The translations under genes and the position numbers were made by a program. Positions 15,930-23,920 of a stretch of DNA of 28,887 nucleotides are shown here, piece after piece. Every line of letters starts with the position of its first letter. Within the stretch, counting starts at the first letter, position 1. The stretch lies in the NCBI GenBank assembly GCA_046583355.1, contig JAYGCM010000043.1, positions 1 through 28,887 on the forward strand, given 5' to 3'. The DNA comes from Deltaproteobacteria bacterium (lineage in GTDB: Bacteria; Desulfobacterota; Binatia; UBA12015). Under the pieces are notes generated by a model. It saw only the letters and a program-made list of their open reading frames with translations. It was not told where the DNA came from and made no database searches.

Positions 15930-17591
15930 GTGATTTCCCCTTACCGAGCAGCGCGATTTCTATTTCTGGCCGCGGCTCTATTGCCCTGCTTCGCCGCGCC
16001 GGCGCTTGCCGAAAAGCTGCCGGATGTGCTCGCCTTGATCCGAACGGGCAGAATCACGTCGACAATTCCCCTGCCCATTGATGCGCGACCGCATGCTCTG
16101 GTCTCACGAGGGCACCAGATTTTCATTGGCACGAACGCCCGTTTTGGTGCCGATTTGTTTGCCTATACCGCATCGGCGACAGGCCCCCCGATGCCAGATT
16201 GGCGATTGGAGACAACCAGCGGCGTAACCGATATCGCCTTTTTCGGATCGGATCTCGCCGTCGCGACGATGGCCCCATCTCCCCGGATTCTGCGTATCGA
16301 CCCTGCCACCGGCGAGATCCACAGCCAACTCACGCTGCCAGCAGCCGCAGCGGCTCTTCGTAGTGGATTCGTGCTCAGCGGAGACCTCCCCGATGGGAGG
16401 GCGTTCTTCATCATCGAGAGCGAAGGGATCTGGCGGATCCATTTTCACGAGGGCGGGACGAGCGGCGACGTCACCTCCTCACGCTGGGGACTCCTCGCAA
16501 CAAGGCCCACCGGCGCCGCCGTGATCGATCCGGGCCAAAGCCCCCGTGTGCACGTCTACACCGGCTTCCTCCCGCTTGGCTCCGGCTTTTTTTTCAACGA
16601 CTCAAACCAGGACGATTTCTTCGACCTCGCATGCATCGGAGACTCGAATTCGTTTTCGGCCTCAAGCGAGGATTGGTGCTCCCTTCTGCCCGGAATGATT
16701 CCCGACCCACGGTTCCGCGTCCATAATTTTGCCAGCATCGGAGCCATCGCCGAGTCCGACACCGGGGCTCACGGCACCCTCCAACTCGCCCGCGCCTTGC
16801 GCTCTGCCCAGACAGACGCCGTAGTCGTCTCGTTCGGTGGCAATGACCTGCGCTGGGCGAATCAATTGCCGGCCGAGGTTCTCGAAGACTTTCAGGCGAT
16901 GCACAAGCTGATTTCGCGTGCGGGGAAGGCCTTCTTCGTTACCACCGTTGCGCCCTACCTCGGTCGGCGCGAGGACACACCGGGCCTGATCCTGGAACTG
17001 AACGACCTGATCCGGGAGACCTTTCCCGCCCACCAGATCCTGGAGTTTCACGAAGATTTTCCGGTCGAGTTCATGGCCAGCGACGGTGTCCATATTCTTG
17101 CGCCGGGCCACCGCTTGCGAGCGGCCCGCGGGGCCGAGTTGCTCTACGGAATCCAGAATTGTCGGGAGGCGACGCCGTGCCAAGCGCCCCGAATCTGCTT
17201 TCATCCCGGCAACGACTCCCGGCTCCGCAAGGCAAGCGGTCAAAACTTCGCCGCCCTGCAGGGCCTGATGCCCTTTGGCGCCTGCGTGACGCCTGGCGAG
17301 CTTGCCGCAAAAACACAGCTTGCCGCGGAGCTCGCCGATACGGTCTGGCAGATCGAACTCCGCACAGAGATGGAGTTGCGCGAACACGATGCTCTCCTTG
17401 CGTGCGCAGCCTCCCCCTCCTGTAAGGAACTCGGCCATTGTGCCGCCGTATCCGACCCGGAAAACGCGAGTCGCTTCCTCTGCCGGCCGACACGTCATCT
17501 GCATTGTGCCGAATCACGAATTTGCGCAACCGAAGACCGTTGCCTAAACTGGTTTGGCGAATGCATTGCCGAGGACAATGTCGAAAGCTAG
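15930..17591 (+). CDS. Secreted SGNH/GDSL hydrolase with an N-terminal beta-rich domain and a Cys-rich C-terminus
   Basis: SGNH blocks IGDSNS, SIGA, FGGNDL and DGVH. The likely GTG start at 15930 gives a signal peptide ending in ALA-E. The ORF-track start at 15687 overlaps the TBDR and is unlikely. Confidence 0.8.
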   Translation: MISPYRAARFLFLAAALLPCFAAPALAEKLPDVLALIRTGRITSTIPLPIDARPHALVSRGHQIFIGTNARFGADLFAYTASATGPPMPDWRLETTSGVTDIAFFGSDLAVATMAPSPRILRIDPATGEIHSQLTLPAAAAALRSGFVLSGDLPDGRAFFIIESEGIWRIHFHEGGTSGDVTSSRWGLLATRPTGAAVIDPGQSPRVHVYTGFLPLGSGFFFNDSNQDDFFDLACIGDSNSFSASSEDWCSLLPGMIPDPRFRVHNFASIGAIAESDTGAHGTLQLARALRSAQTDAVVVSFGGNDLRWANQLPAEVLEDFQAMHKLISRAGKAFFVTTVAPYLGRREDTPGLILELNDLIRETFPAHQILEFHEDFPVEFMASDGVHILAPGHRLRAARGAELLYGIQNCREATPCQAPRICFHPGNDSRLRKASGQNFAALQGLMPFGACVTPGELAAKTQLAAELADTVWQIELRTEMELREHDALLACAASPSCKELGHCAAVSDPENASRFLCRPTRHLHCAESRICATEDRCLNWFGECIAEDNVES

Positions 17592-17618
17592 CACGCCGCG
17601 CGACTTTACCAGAACTTC

Positions 17619-17636
17619 GTCTGTGGCGTCACAGAC
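17619..17636. promoter_or_regulatory. Inverted repeat gtctgtg-gcgt-cacagac upstream of the GH39-like gene
   Basis: Perfect 7-bp arms with a 4-nt spacer in the intergenic gap. Possible operator or hairpin. Confidence 0.3.
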
Positions 17637-17679
17637 CATGCCCACTTCATTGGCCGGCGAAAGAAAGGGATATCCACGC

Positions 17680-19455
17680 ATGAGTTTCTCCAGACAACCA
17701 CCCCGCCGATGGGTTTCCGCATTGGCGTGCGTTCTCGTCCTGCTCGCCGAGGCGTCGCCGCAGGCCCATGCCACCGAGACCATCACGGTCGATGCCGGCC
17801 TTGTCGACGGCATTGTCCCGGCGATCCACGGAGTGACCAACGGCCCGGTGATCAGCAACCTGCCGGATGAAGAGCCGCTGTGCCGGAACTTCAGCCCGGC
17901 CGACCATAGCGCTGCCTTTGTCGCCGCCGCGATCCCACAGACGCGCACCCACGGCGGCGGCGAGCTGGATATGCACCAGATCTGGAGGCCCTTCCCCAAT
18001 TATGCCGGCCAAGACCCGACCAAAGAGGCCAATTACGATTGGACCCGAGCCAACCAGGCCCTTGAGCAGATCGTCGCGGTAGGAAGTATTCCCTACCTGC
18101 GAATTGGCAACTCCAAAAATGATCGCGACGGGAGTGTCTGTGATCCCTCGCTGGTCACCAATGCACCGCCCGATGATCCCGACATCTTCGGCCAGGTCAC
18201 TCTGCACATTCTCAAACATTTCCTCGATGGCTGGGACAACGGATTCTATTACGACATTCCCTACCTGGAAATCTGGAACGAATTCTATATCGACGAATTC
18301 TGGAGCGGCACGGGCACTGAGGCCGCGATACTCTACGAGGCCGTGCGCAATGCGACCAAACCGGAGTTTCCGAATGTGATGCTCGGACCCAGCATCAACA
18401 CGCCCTGGACCTCCAACCCGGTGCCTAGCGAATTCTGGACCTACATCATCAACAATAACGTTCCGGTGGACTTCGTAAGCCCGCATTTCTACGGTCCGCG
18501 TCCTGCCAAACTCGCCTCGCGCATCTACCACGCTATCCCCTCTGCGGACGACAAAAGTTGGGAGAACCTCTTTGCCATCGCCGGACTTCCCACAGATACT
18601 CCGATTGTCATTGCAGAATGGAACCGTGGCAGCGGCTGCTACAACGGCGGCACCGGAGGGACCATTCCCGGCGGTGCCTTCGTCGCCGCCACCTTGATGA
18701 CGATGGCGGAACTTCATCCGGCGAACAGCGGCCATAACGTCATCATGTCGCACCTCTTCTCCACCCGATTCCAGATCTGGAAGGACGATCTCACGCCGCG
18801 AGGTCCGGGAGTCGGTCTTGAATCCTACGCACGGTTGGTAAACGAGACGCCGCACAAGCTCGCGCTCACCGGCACCTATGCCGATACGACCAGCATTGAT
18901 TTCCACGCGATTGCCGGAAAGTCGGATGACGATAGCAAGCTCAACCTGCTGGTCAGCTACTACGATACCAGCGACACCGACTGCCCCGACAACACCAACC
19001 TCGGCACCATCGTTCCCCTGAATGTCAATATCAACAACCTGCCCTGGGGGAACGCGGAATTCACCTGGGAGCGCTGGATGCATACCTCCAACTCCGCGCT
19101 CGCACTTGTGGACTCCGGCACAAGCTCCGGCGGGTCGTTTTCGACCTCCCAGGATATGCACGCCAACGTGCTCGAACTCTACCTTCTCGCCGAGCATTCC
19201 TGCGGCAATGGCATGATCGGGCCCGGCGAAATATGCGATGATGGGTCCGCCAACGGGGGCTACGCCTCGTGCTGCACCAAGGAATGTACCTTCAAGACCG
19301 ATGGCCCGGCCTCCTGCGATGCCAACCTCTGCACGACGACGGATACCTGCACCGCCGGTGTCTGCACCCCGGGCGGCTGCCGCGAGGGAGAGGCCTGTTC
19401 GGTCTGCGGTGGAGCATGCAGTAGCGCGGCTAGTGGTTGTGCCTGTGTTTATTGA
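17680..19455 (+). CDS. Secreted GH39-like (clan GH-A) glycoside hydrolase with C-terminal Cys-rich repeats
   Basis: ATG at 17680 follows an AAGGGA RBS; signal peptide ends in AHA. Acid/base EIWNEF, DFVSPHFY and nucleophile IAEWN are present. C-terminus is CGNGMIGPGEICDDG...CTTTDTCTAGVC. Confidence 0.8.
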   Translation: MSFSRQPPRRWVSALACVLVLLAEASPQAHATETITVDAGLVDGIVPAIHGVTNGPVISNLPDEEPLCRNFSPADHSAAFVAAAIPQTRTHGGGELDMHQIWRPFPNYAGQDPTKEANYDWTRANQALEQIVAVGSIPYLRIGNSKNDRDGSVCDPSLVTNAPPDDPDIFGQVTLHILKHFLDGWDNGFYYDIPYLEIWNEFYIDEFWSGTGTEAAILYEAVRNATKPEFPNVMLGPSINTPWTSNPVPSEFWTYIINNNVPVDFVSPHFYGPRPAKLASRIYHAIPSADDKSWENLFAIAGLPTDTPIVIAEWNRGSGCYNGGTGGTIPGGAFVAATLMTMAELHPANSGHNVIMSHLFSTRFQIWKDDLTPRGPGVGLESYARLVNETPHKLALTGTYADTTSIDFHAIAGKSDDDSKLNLLVSYYDTSDTDCPDNTNLGTIVPLNVNINNLPWGNAEFTWERWMHTSNSALALVDSGTSSGGSFSTSQDMHANVLELYLLAEHSCGNGMIGPGEICDDGSANGGYASCCTKECTFKTDGPASCDANLCTTTDTCTAGVCTPGGCREGEACSVCGGACSSAASGCACVY

Positions 19456-19562
19456 TGCTGCGGCGACCGGGCGGTAAAGGGCGCCGGCGCAGCGAGCGCC
19501 CGTCCGGGAGGGGAGTGGGGCTCGCGATTTACACGCACTCGTCTGCCCACTAAACTTGGCGA

Positions 19563-20816
19563 GTGACACAACCCCAATCGAACCGCAGGACCTTCCTCAA
19601 AGCTCTGGCCGGAATGTCCGCGCTGGCAATCTCGGCTTGCCATGATCCAGCGCGCTATTCGGACGCCGACGCCGCCAGGCTGGCAGCGCAGCGCCGCAAG
19701 GAACGAATGCGCTCGGGCAAGGGCCCCTATGGCAAGCAGGTTTTCCGCGGCTACCGTGGGTTGGCCGAACTGCCCTGGTACGAGCTCGACGCCGAGGGCC
19801 AGCTGCGCTGCACGGTGGAGAACCTACCTGCCGCCATCGATATCCATGCGCATCTCGGGATGGCGCTGCTCTTCGCACCCGATCTCGACCTGCAAGCCCG
19901 AACGCCGCGCGTAAGGCATATTCTCGATTGCGATGGCGCCGATCCGGGTTGCGCGTTCGACCTCGATGTCTACATCAACGCAAATTTCTCGGCAGCGGAT
20001 CTATCCGCATTACAGAAGGGGGCTGTCGAGCAACTCACCTGGGGAAACGACGGAGCGGCCACGCATACCATCCCCAACCTGATTGCGGAGATGGATTCCT
20101 GCGGCGTCGGCCAGGCCGCGATCCTGCCGATCTGTTTCGGCCTCCCTTTTGGGGACCACCAGACGCCCGCCTGGATCGACGCTATCACCCAGAGCGGCCA
20201 CGCCGATCGCTTCCTCATGGGCGCGTCAGTACATCCACGCGACAGCGATGCGGTGGCCCAACTCCGCGCCTATGCGGCGCGCGGCGCGCGCATCGTCAAA
20301 CTGCACCCCGCCGGCCAGCGCTTCTTCCCGGACGCACCCGAGCTCTACCCGATCTACGAAGAATGCGGACGCCTCGGCCTGCCGATCATCTTCCACGGCG
20401 GCCGCGCCGGCATCGAGCCTTCCTATACCCACCAATTCACCCTGATGCGGCATTACGAAGGCGCCTTCCGCGACTTCCCGAACACCCAATTCATCCTCGG
20501 CCATGCCGGCGCGCGCGATGTTGCCGAGGCGATCCCGCTGGCAAAGAAATTCCCCGGCAATGTCTGGCTGGGCATCCACGGCCAAGGCGTCAGCACCTTG
20601 CAGCAGCTGGTCGATGAGGTGGGCAGCGACCGCTTGCTCTTCGGCACCGACTGGCCCTTCTACCACCTCGCCGCCACCCAGGCGAAAGTCCTCATGGTCT
20701 CCGCGCAGGACGCCGGCCTACGCCGCGCCCTCCTACGCGACAATGCCTTGCAGATGTTCGCCGCAGCCGGACGTTCCTTGCCCGAGGCCGGCCGAAAACA
20801 GACCTCTAGCGGGTGA
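19563..20816 (+). CDS. Amidohydrolase family (Amidohydro_2) protein, Tat-exported probable lipoprotein
   Basis: NRRTFLK twin-arginine motif followed by ISA-C. Metal-site motifs IDIHAH, KLHP, IFHGG, LGHAG and FGTDWP. Confidence 0.88.
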   Translation: MTQPQSNRRTFLKALAGMSALAISACHDPARYSDADAARLAAQRRKERMRSGKGPYGKQVFRGYRGLAELPWYELDAEGQLRCTVENLPAAIDIHAHLGMALLFAPDLDLQARTPRVRHILDCDGADPGCAFDLDVYINANFSAADLSALQKGAVEQLTWGNDGAATHTIPNLIAEMDSCGVGQAAILPICFGLPFGDHQTPAWIDAITQSGHADRFLMGASVHPRDSDAVAQLRAYAARGARIVKLHPAGQRFFPDAPELYPIYEECGRLGLPIIFHGGRAGIEPSYTHQFTLMRHYEGAFRDFPNTQFILGHAGARDVAEAIPLAKKFPGNVWLGIHGQGVSTLQQLVDEVGSDRLLFGTDWPFYHLAATQAKVLMVSAQDAGLRRALLRDNALQMFAAAGRSLPEAGRKQTSSG

Positions 20817-21939
20817 GGCCGTAGCGCATCCAGCGCGCGCAGCCGGTGCCCGTGCAGCCACGCTGCACCACGCCGGAGGCAGACTCATGACTCACCTGCT
20901 GCACCCGCGGCTGTAGCGCGGCAAGAGTCACGGGAGTGGCCTTCGGGGCGCGGCGCGCGACCTTTGCGGGTGCCGGCTTGGGCGGCGCCACCTTGGCGGC
21001 GCGGGTCACCGCTGCTTTGGCTTTGCTCACCCGTGCCACTCGTGTCGGCGCGGCCTTGGCCGGCTTGCGGGCACGCACCACCTGGGTCTTCGGCAAGGCC
21101 TTGCGGCCATCGCCCTTGAACGCCCATTTCACCAGCTCTCGGGTGTCTCCCCAAAGGTTCTTCGAGCCGAGCACCACCACAATGACCTCGCGGCCCTTCC
21201 AGGTGGCCGCCCCCGCAAAACACTTCCCGGCGGCGCGCGTATAGCCCGTCTTGCCGATCACTTTGGCGAAATAGCCGTTCAGGAGTCGGTTCTTGTTGCG
21301 CACCGCAATGCGCTTGGTCTTGCGACCGCGGCGGACGCGGATATTGCGGCTGCTGGTGCTGGCGATACGACGAAAGCCGTCGACGCCAAGCGCGTCGCGC
21401 ACGATCAATCCCATATCGCGTGCCGTCGAGAGGTGGCGGCGGTTGGGCAGGCCGTTGGGGTTGCGGAAGGTCGTGTTCTTCGCGCCGACCTTGCGGGCGC
21501 GTGCGGTCATCTTCTTGGCGAATTTGTCGACACTGCCCGAAACACCCTCGGCCACCACCACCGCGGCGTCGTTCGCGGATTTGAGCATCAGCGAATAAAG
21601 CAGCTCGCGCAGCTGCACTTTCTGGCCCTTGACGAGGTAGAGTTTGGAGGGTTGCTGGCGCTGCGCGCGGGTGCTGACGCGGAAATAATCGTTCATTCGC
21701 TCGGCTTCGAGGCCAAGCACGGTGGTCATGATTTTGGTGGTGCTGGCCGGCGCACGCTTCTGGTCGGGATTTTTCGACCAGAGAAGCTCGCCTGTGCGCG
21801 CGTCCATCACCACAGCGGCCCGTGCAGTCACGCGCGGTTTGCGTGCCTCCGCAAGGCTCGCCGAGGCCGCAAAGACGACCACGCAAGATACCAGGAGCGC
21901 GAACCGCGCCCACCTCTGCCACACCACAACCTGCCTCAT
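20806..21939 (-). CDS. D-alanyl-D-alanine carboxypeptidase/endopeptidase (peptidase S11, low-molecular-weight PBP)
   Basis: PASTTK (SxxK), KSANDAA (SxN), FRNPNGL, STARD and GKTGYT..AG.C motifs. ATG at 21939 gives a signal peptide ending in AEA. Lys/Ala/Pro-rich tail. Confidence 0.92.
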   Translation of the reverse strand: MRQVVVWQRWARFALLVSCVVVFAASASLAEARKPRVTARAAVVMDARTGELLWSKNPDQKRAPASTTKIMTTVLGLEAERMNDYFRVSTRAQRQQPSKLYLVKGQKVQLRELLYSLMLKSANDAAVVVAEGVSGSVDKFAKKMTARARKVGAKNTTFRNPNGLPNRRHLSTARDMGLIVRDALGVDGFRRIASTSSRNIRVRRGRKTKRIAVRNKNRLLNGYFAKVIGKTGYTRAAGKCFAGAATWKGREVIVVVLGSKNLWGDTRELVKWAFKGDGRKALPKTQVVRARKPAKAAPTRVARVSKAKAAVTRAAKVAPPKPAPAKVARRAPKATPVTLAALQPRVQQVSHESASGVVQRGCTGTGCARWMRYGLTR

Positions 21940-22070
21940 CCCAGCCAACCCCGCGGCCCTTGTACAGCAGACGGGGAGCGAACGGAAGCGCGAGGACCAA
22001 GGCCGCGCCGGCCCCGGCTGTCGCTGCCCGCGCCGAGACGGTACGCTGCGACTCGCAGGGTTCTCCATTG

Positions 22071-23159
22071 ATGATCGCAAGCTTGAGAAAAAAACTTCGC
22101 CCATCGCCAGCGGGCCGTCGCCCCCGTGGCGCGACGCTGGCCGATATCGCCGCCTTGGTGCTTGGGCTGACGCTGATAATGAGCACGGCCGAGCCGGCCG
22201 CGGCTCGGGAGTGGACGGAAGAAGACTTCGCCCAGCGCGAGCCGCGCGCCTATACTTTCGTGCCCCCCACCAAGACACCGGGCGCAACGACCAAGACCGT
22301 CATCGGCCATATGGGCCACTGGCGCGCCGAGAGGGGCGATACCTTTCTGGATATCGGACGACATTTCGATCTTGGTCATAATACCATGGTCGGGGCCAAC
22401 CCCGGCATTGACGAGTGGGTCCCGTATGCGGCGAAGAAGGCGGTCGCCATTCCCACCGAGTGGATCCTGCCCTGCTGCCAATACGAAGGGCTGGTGGTCA
22501 ACGTGCCCGAGATGCGCCTCTACTGGTACCCCCCGGCCAAAGAGGGCGCGCCGCGCACGGTCGTAACCTTCCCGGTCGGCCTCGGCCGCCAGCAATGGCG
22601 CACCCCGCAGGGCGATTTCCGCATCGTCGAGAAAGCCCGCAACCCGACCTGGGTGATTCCGGAGTCGATCCGCAAGGAACGTTTCGCCGAGGATGGCTCG
22701 AGCGAGCGATCCATTGCCGGTGGCGACCCCGCCAACCCCCTCGGCGCCTATCGCATGCGCCTATCTCTGCCTGCCTACGCGATCCACGGCACGAATATCC
22801 CCTGGGGCGTCGGCATGTCGGTGAGCCATGGCTGCCTGCGGATGTACCCCGAAGATATCCACGAACTCTTCGCCATGGTGCCGCATGGTGCGAAGGGATC
22901 CCTCATCTACCAGACGATCAAAGTCGGACGGCGCGACGGACAGGTCTTCGTCGAGGTGCACCCTGACCTCTACGGACTACAGCCGGGGCCGTGGCGCGAG
23001 ACGATGCGACTGCTCGACGAAAAGGGCTTGCGCGCGGGGGTCGACGAGAAGAAACTCCTCGTCGCGATCCAGGAAAAACGAGGCCATCCGGTTGACGTAA
23101 CGCGCCGAATCGATGACGCCACGGGCCGCGCCGAAAAGCCGCTTCGCCCGACCCCTTGA
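22071..23159 (+). CDS. L,D-transpeptidase, ErfK/YbiS/YcfS/YnhG family
   Basis: LysM-like 'RGDTFLDIGRHFDLG...ANPGID', 'GLVVNVPEMRLY', 'FPVGLGR..W.TP', 'NPLG' and catalytic IHGTN...SHGCLRM. The start at ATG 22071 is an estimate. Confidence 0.92.
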   Translation: MIASLRKKLRPSPAGRRPRGATLADIAALVLGLTLIMSTAEPAAAREWTEEDFAQREPRAYTFVPPTKTPGATTKTVIGHMGHWRAERGDTFLDIGRHFDLGHNTMVGANPGIDEWVPYAAKKAVAIPTEWILPCCQYEGLVVNVPEMRLYWYPPAKEGAPRTVVTFPVGLGRQQWRTPQGDFRIVEKARNPTWVIPESIRKERFAEDGSSERSIAGGDPANPLGAYRMRLSLPAYAIHGTNIPWGVGMSVSHGCLRMYPEDIHELFAMVPHGAKGSLIYQTIKVGRRDGQVFVEVHPDLYGLQPGPWRETMRLLDEKGLRAGVDEKKLLVAIQEKRGHPVDVTRRIDDATGRAEKPLRPTP

Positions 23160-23174
23160 GCGGTCGGGCGAAGC
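23141..23174. terminator. Hairpin between convergent genes (probable intrinsic terminator)
   Basis: gcttcgcccgacc-ccttgagc-ggtcgggcgaagc is a perfect 13-bp stem spanning the LDT stop codon. It is followed by tcttct and preceded by aaaa. Confidence 0.7.
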
Positions 23175-23199
23175 TCTTCTGGAGTTTTAGTTTGCCAAC

Positions 23200-23628
23200 T
23201 CAGTGGCCGGCGGCCGCTTCGACCGGGCCCTGATCGATGAATTGTCCGACCGATGGCTGGACCGCGCCAGCCGGGACCACGTTGTCGGTGCGCCAGGTGC
23301 GCAGGCCGCGGCGGATATAGCTCGGGTTCATGTCGACGATCTGGCAGATATTCTCGAACGAGAAAAGCCAGCGCGTGTCATCGGACATGATCCAATCCCA
23401 CGACTCATCAAACATGACTTTGCCGCGGGCATCGTCTGTGTGAGCGTATTTCTGGAAACAATCGATCGCGTCTTCAAGCACCGCGAGCATCAGGCGACGC
23501 TCGCGATCGAAGCCGATCTCTTTACGAAAATAGGATGCAAACTGGGTTGGAAGCAGAACGTCCGGCTCAAAAAGTCCGCCAGATCGATCCTGCATGCCAC
23601 TTCCTCGTACACGCATAGTCCCCGCCAT
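23200..23628 (-). CDS. Conserved hypothetical cytoplasmic helical protein
   Basis: GGAGG RBS 9 nt before ATG 23628; alternative start at 23595. Motif pattern LFEPD.LLP.QF / ERRLMLAVLEDAIDCFQKY / W.FSFENIC......P.YIRRGL, which I recall from deltaproteobacterial/Binatota hypotheticals. Confidence 0.8.
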   Translation of the reverse strand: MAGTMRVRGSGMQDRSGGLFEPDVLLPTQFASYFRKEIGFDRERRLMLAVLEDAIDCFQKYAHTDDARGKVMFDESWDWIMSDDTRWLFSFENICQIVDMNPSYIRRGLRTWRTDNVVPAGAVQPSVGQFIDQGPVEAAAGH

Positions 23629-23920
23629 TCGTCACTACCTCCACACTGAAGATCTGCGTTGCACAACTAACTCACAACGCACCAGCTTCAGGAGTCGCGG
23701 AATCTATCCGCGCCATCCCTCACCACGAAATGAAACTTACTACCAAATTGCATTATCCAAGCTAATCGAGTTCGCGCGAAAAGTCCCGATTTTTCTGCAC
23801 TTTTTCGCAGAAACTTTCCCTAGGGGAATACACCTATACGAGTCAGGGAGATTCCGGAGGCCGGCACCTCTTGACGCAGTGCAGCAAATTCGTATCCGGC
23901 TTGCCGGGTGCCGCGGTGCG

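Noticed and set aside
17647..19569. 640-aa ORF antisense to the GH39-like gene, and similar long shadow ORFs (24173-25582 +, 12276-13283 +, 1394-2314 -, 20885-22186 -)
   Set aside because: They have no recognisable motifs and overlap well-supported genes. Long stop-free antisense or alternative frames are expected with GC-rich codon usage.
23780..23920. Known riboswitch (for example c-di-GMP) or tRNA in the long intergenic region
   Set aside because: I could not identify the consensus elements of known riboswitches or a cloverleaf by eye. An Rfam or tRNAscan search would be decisive.
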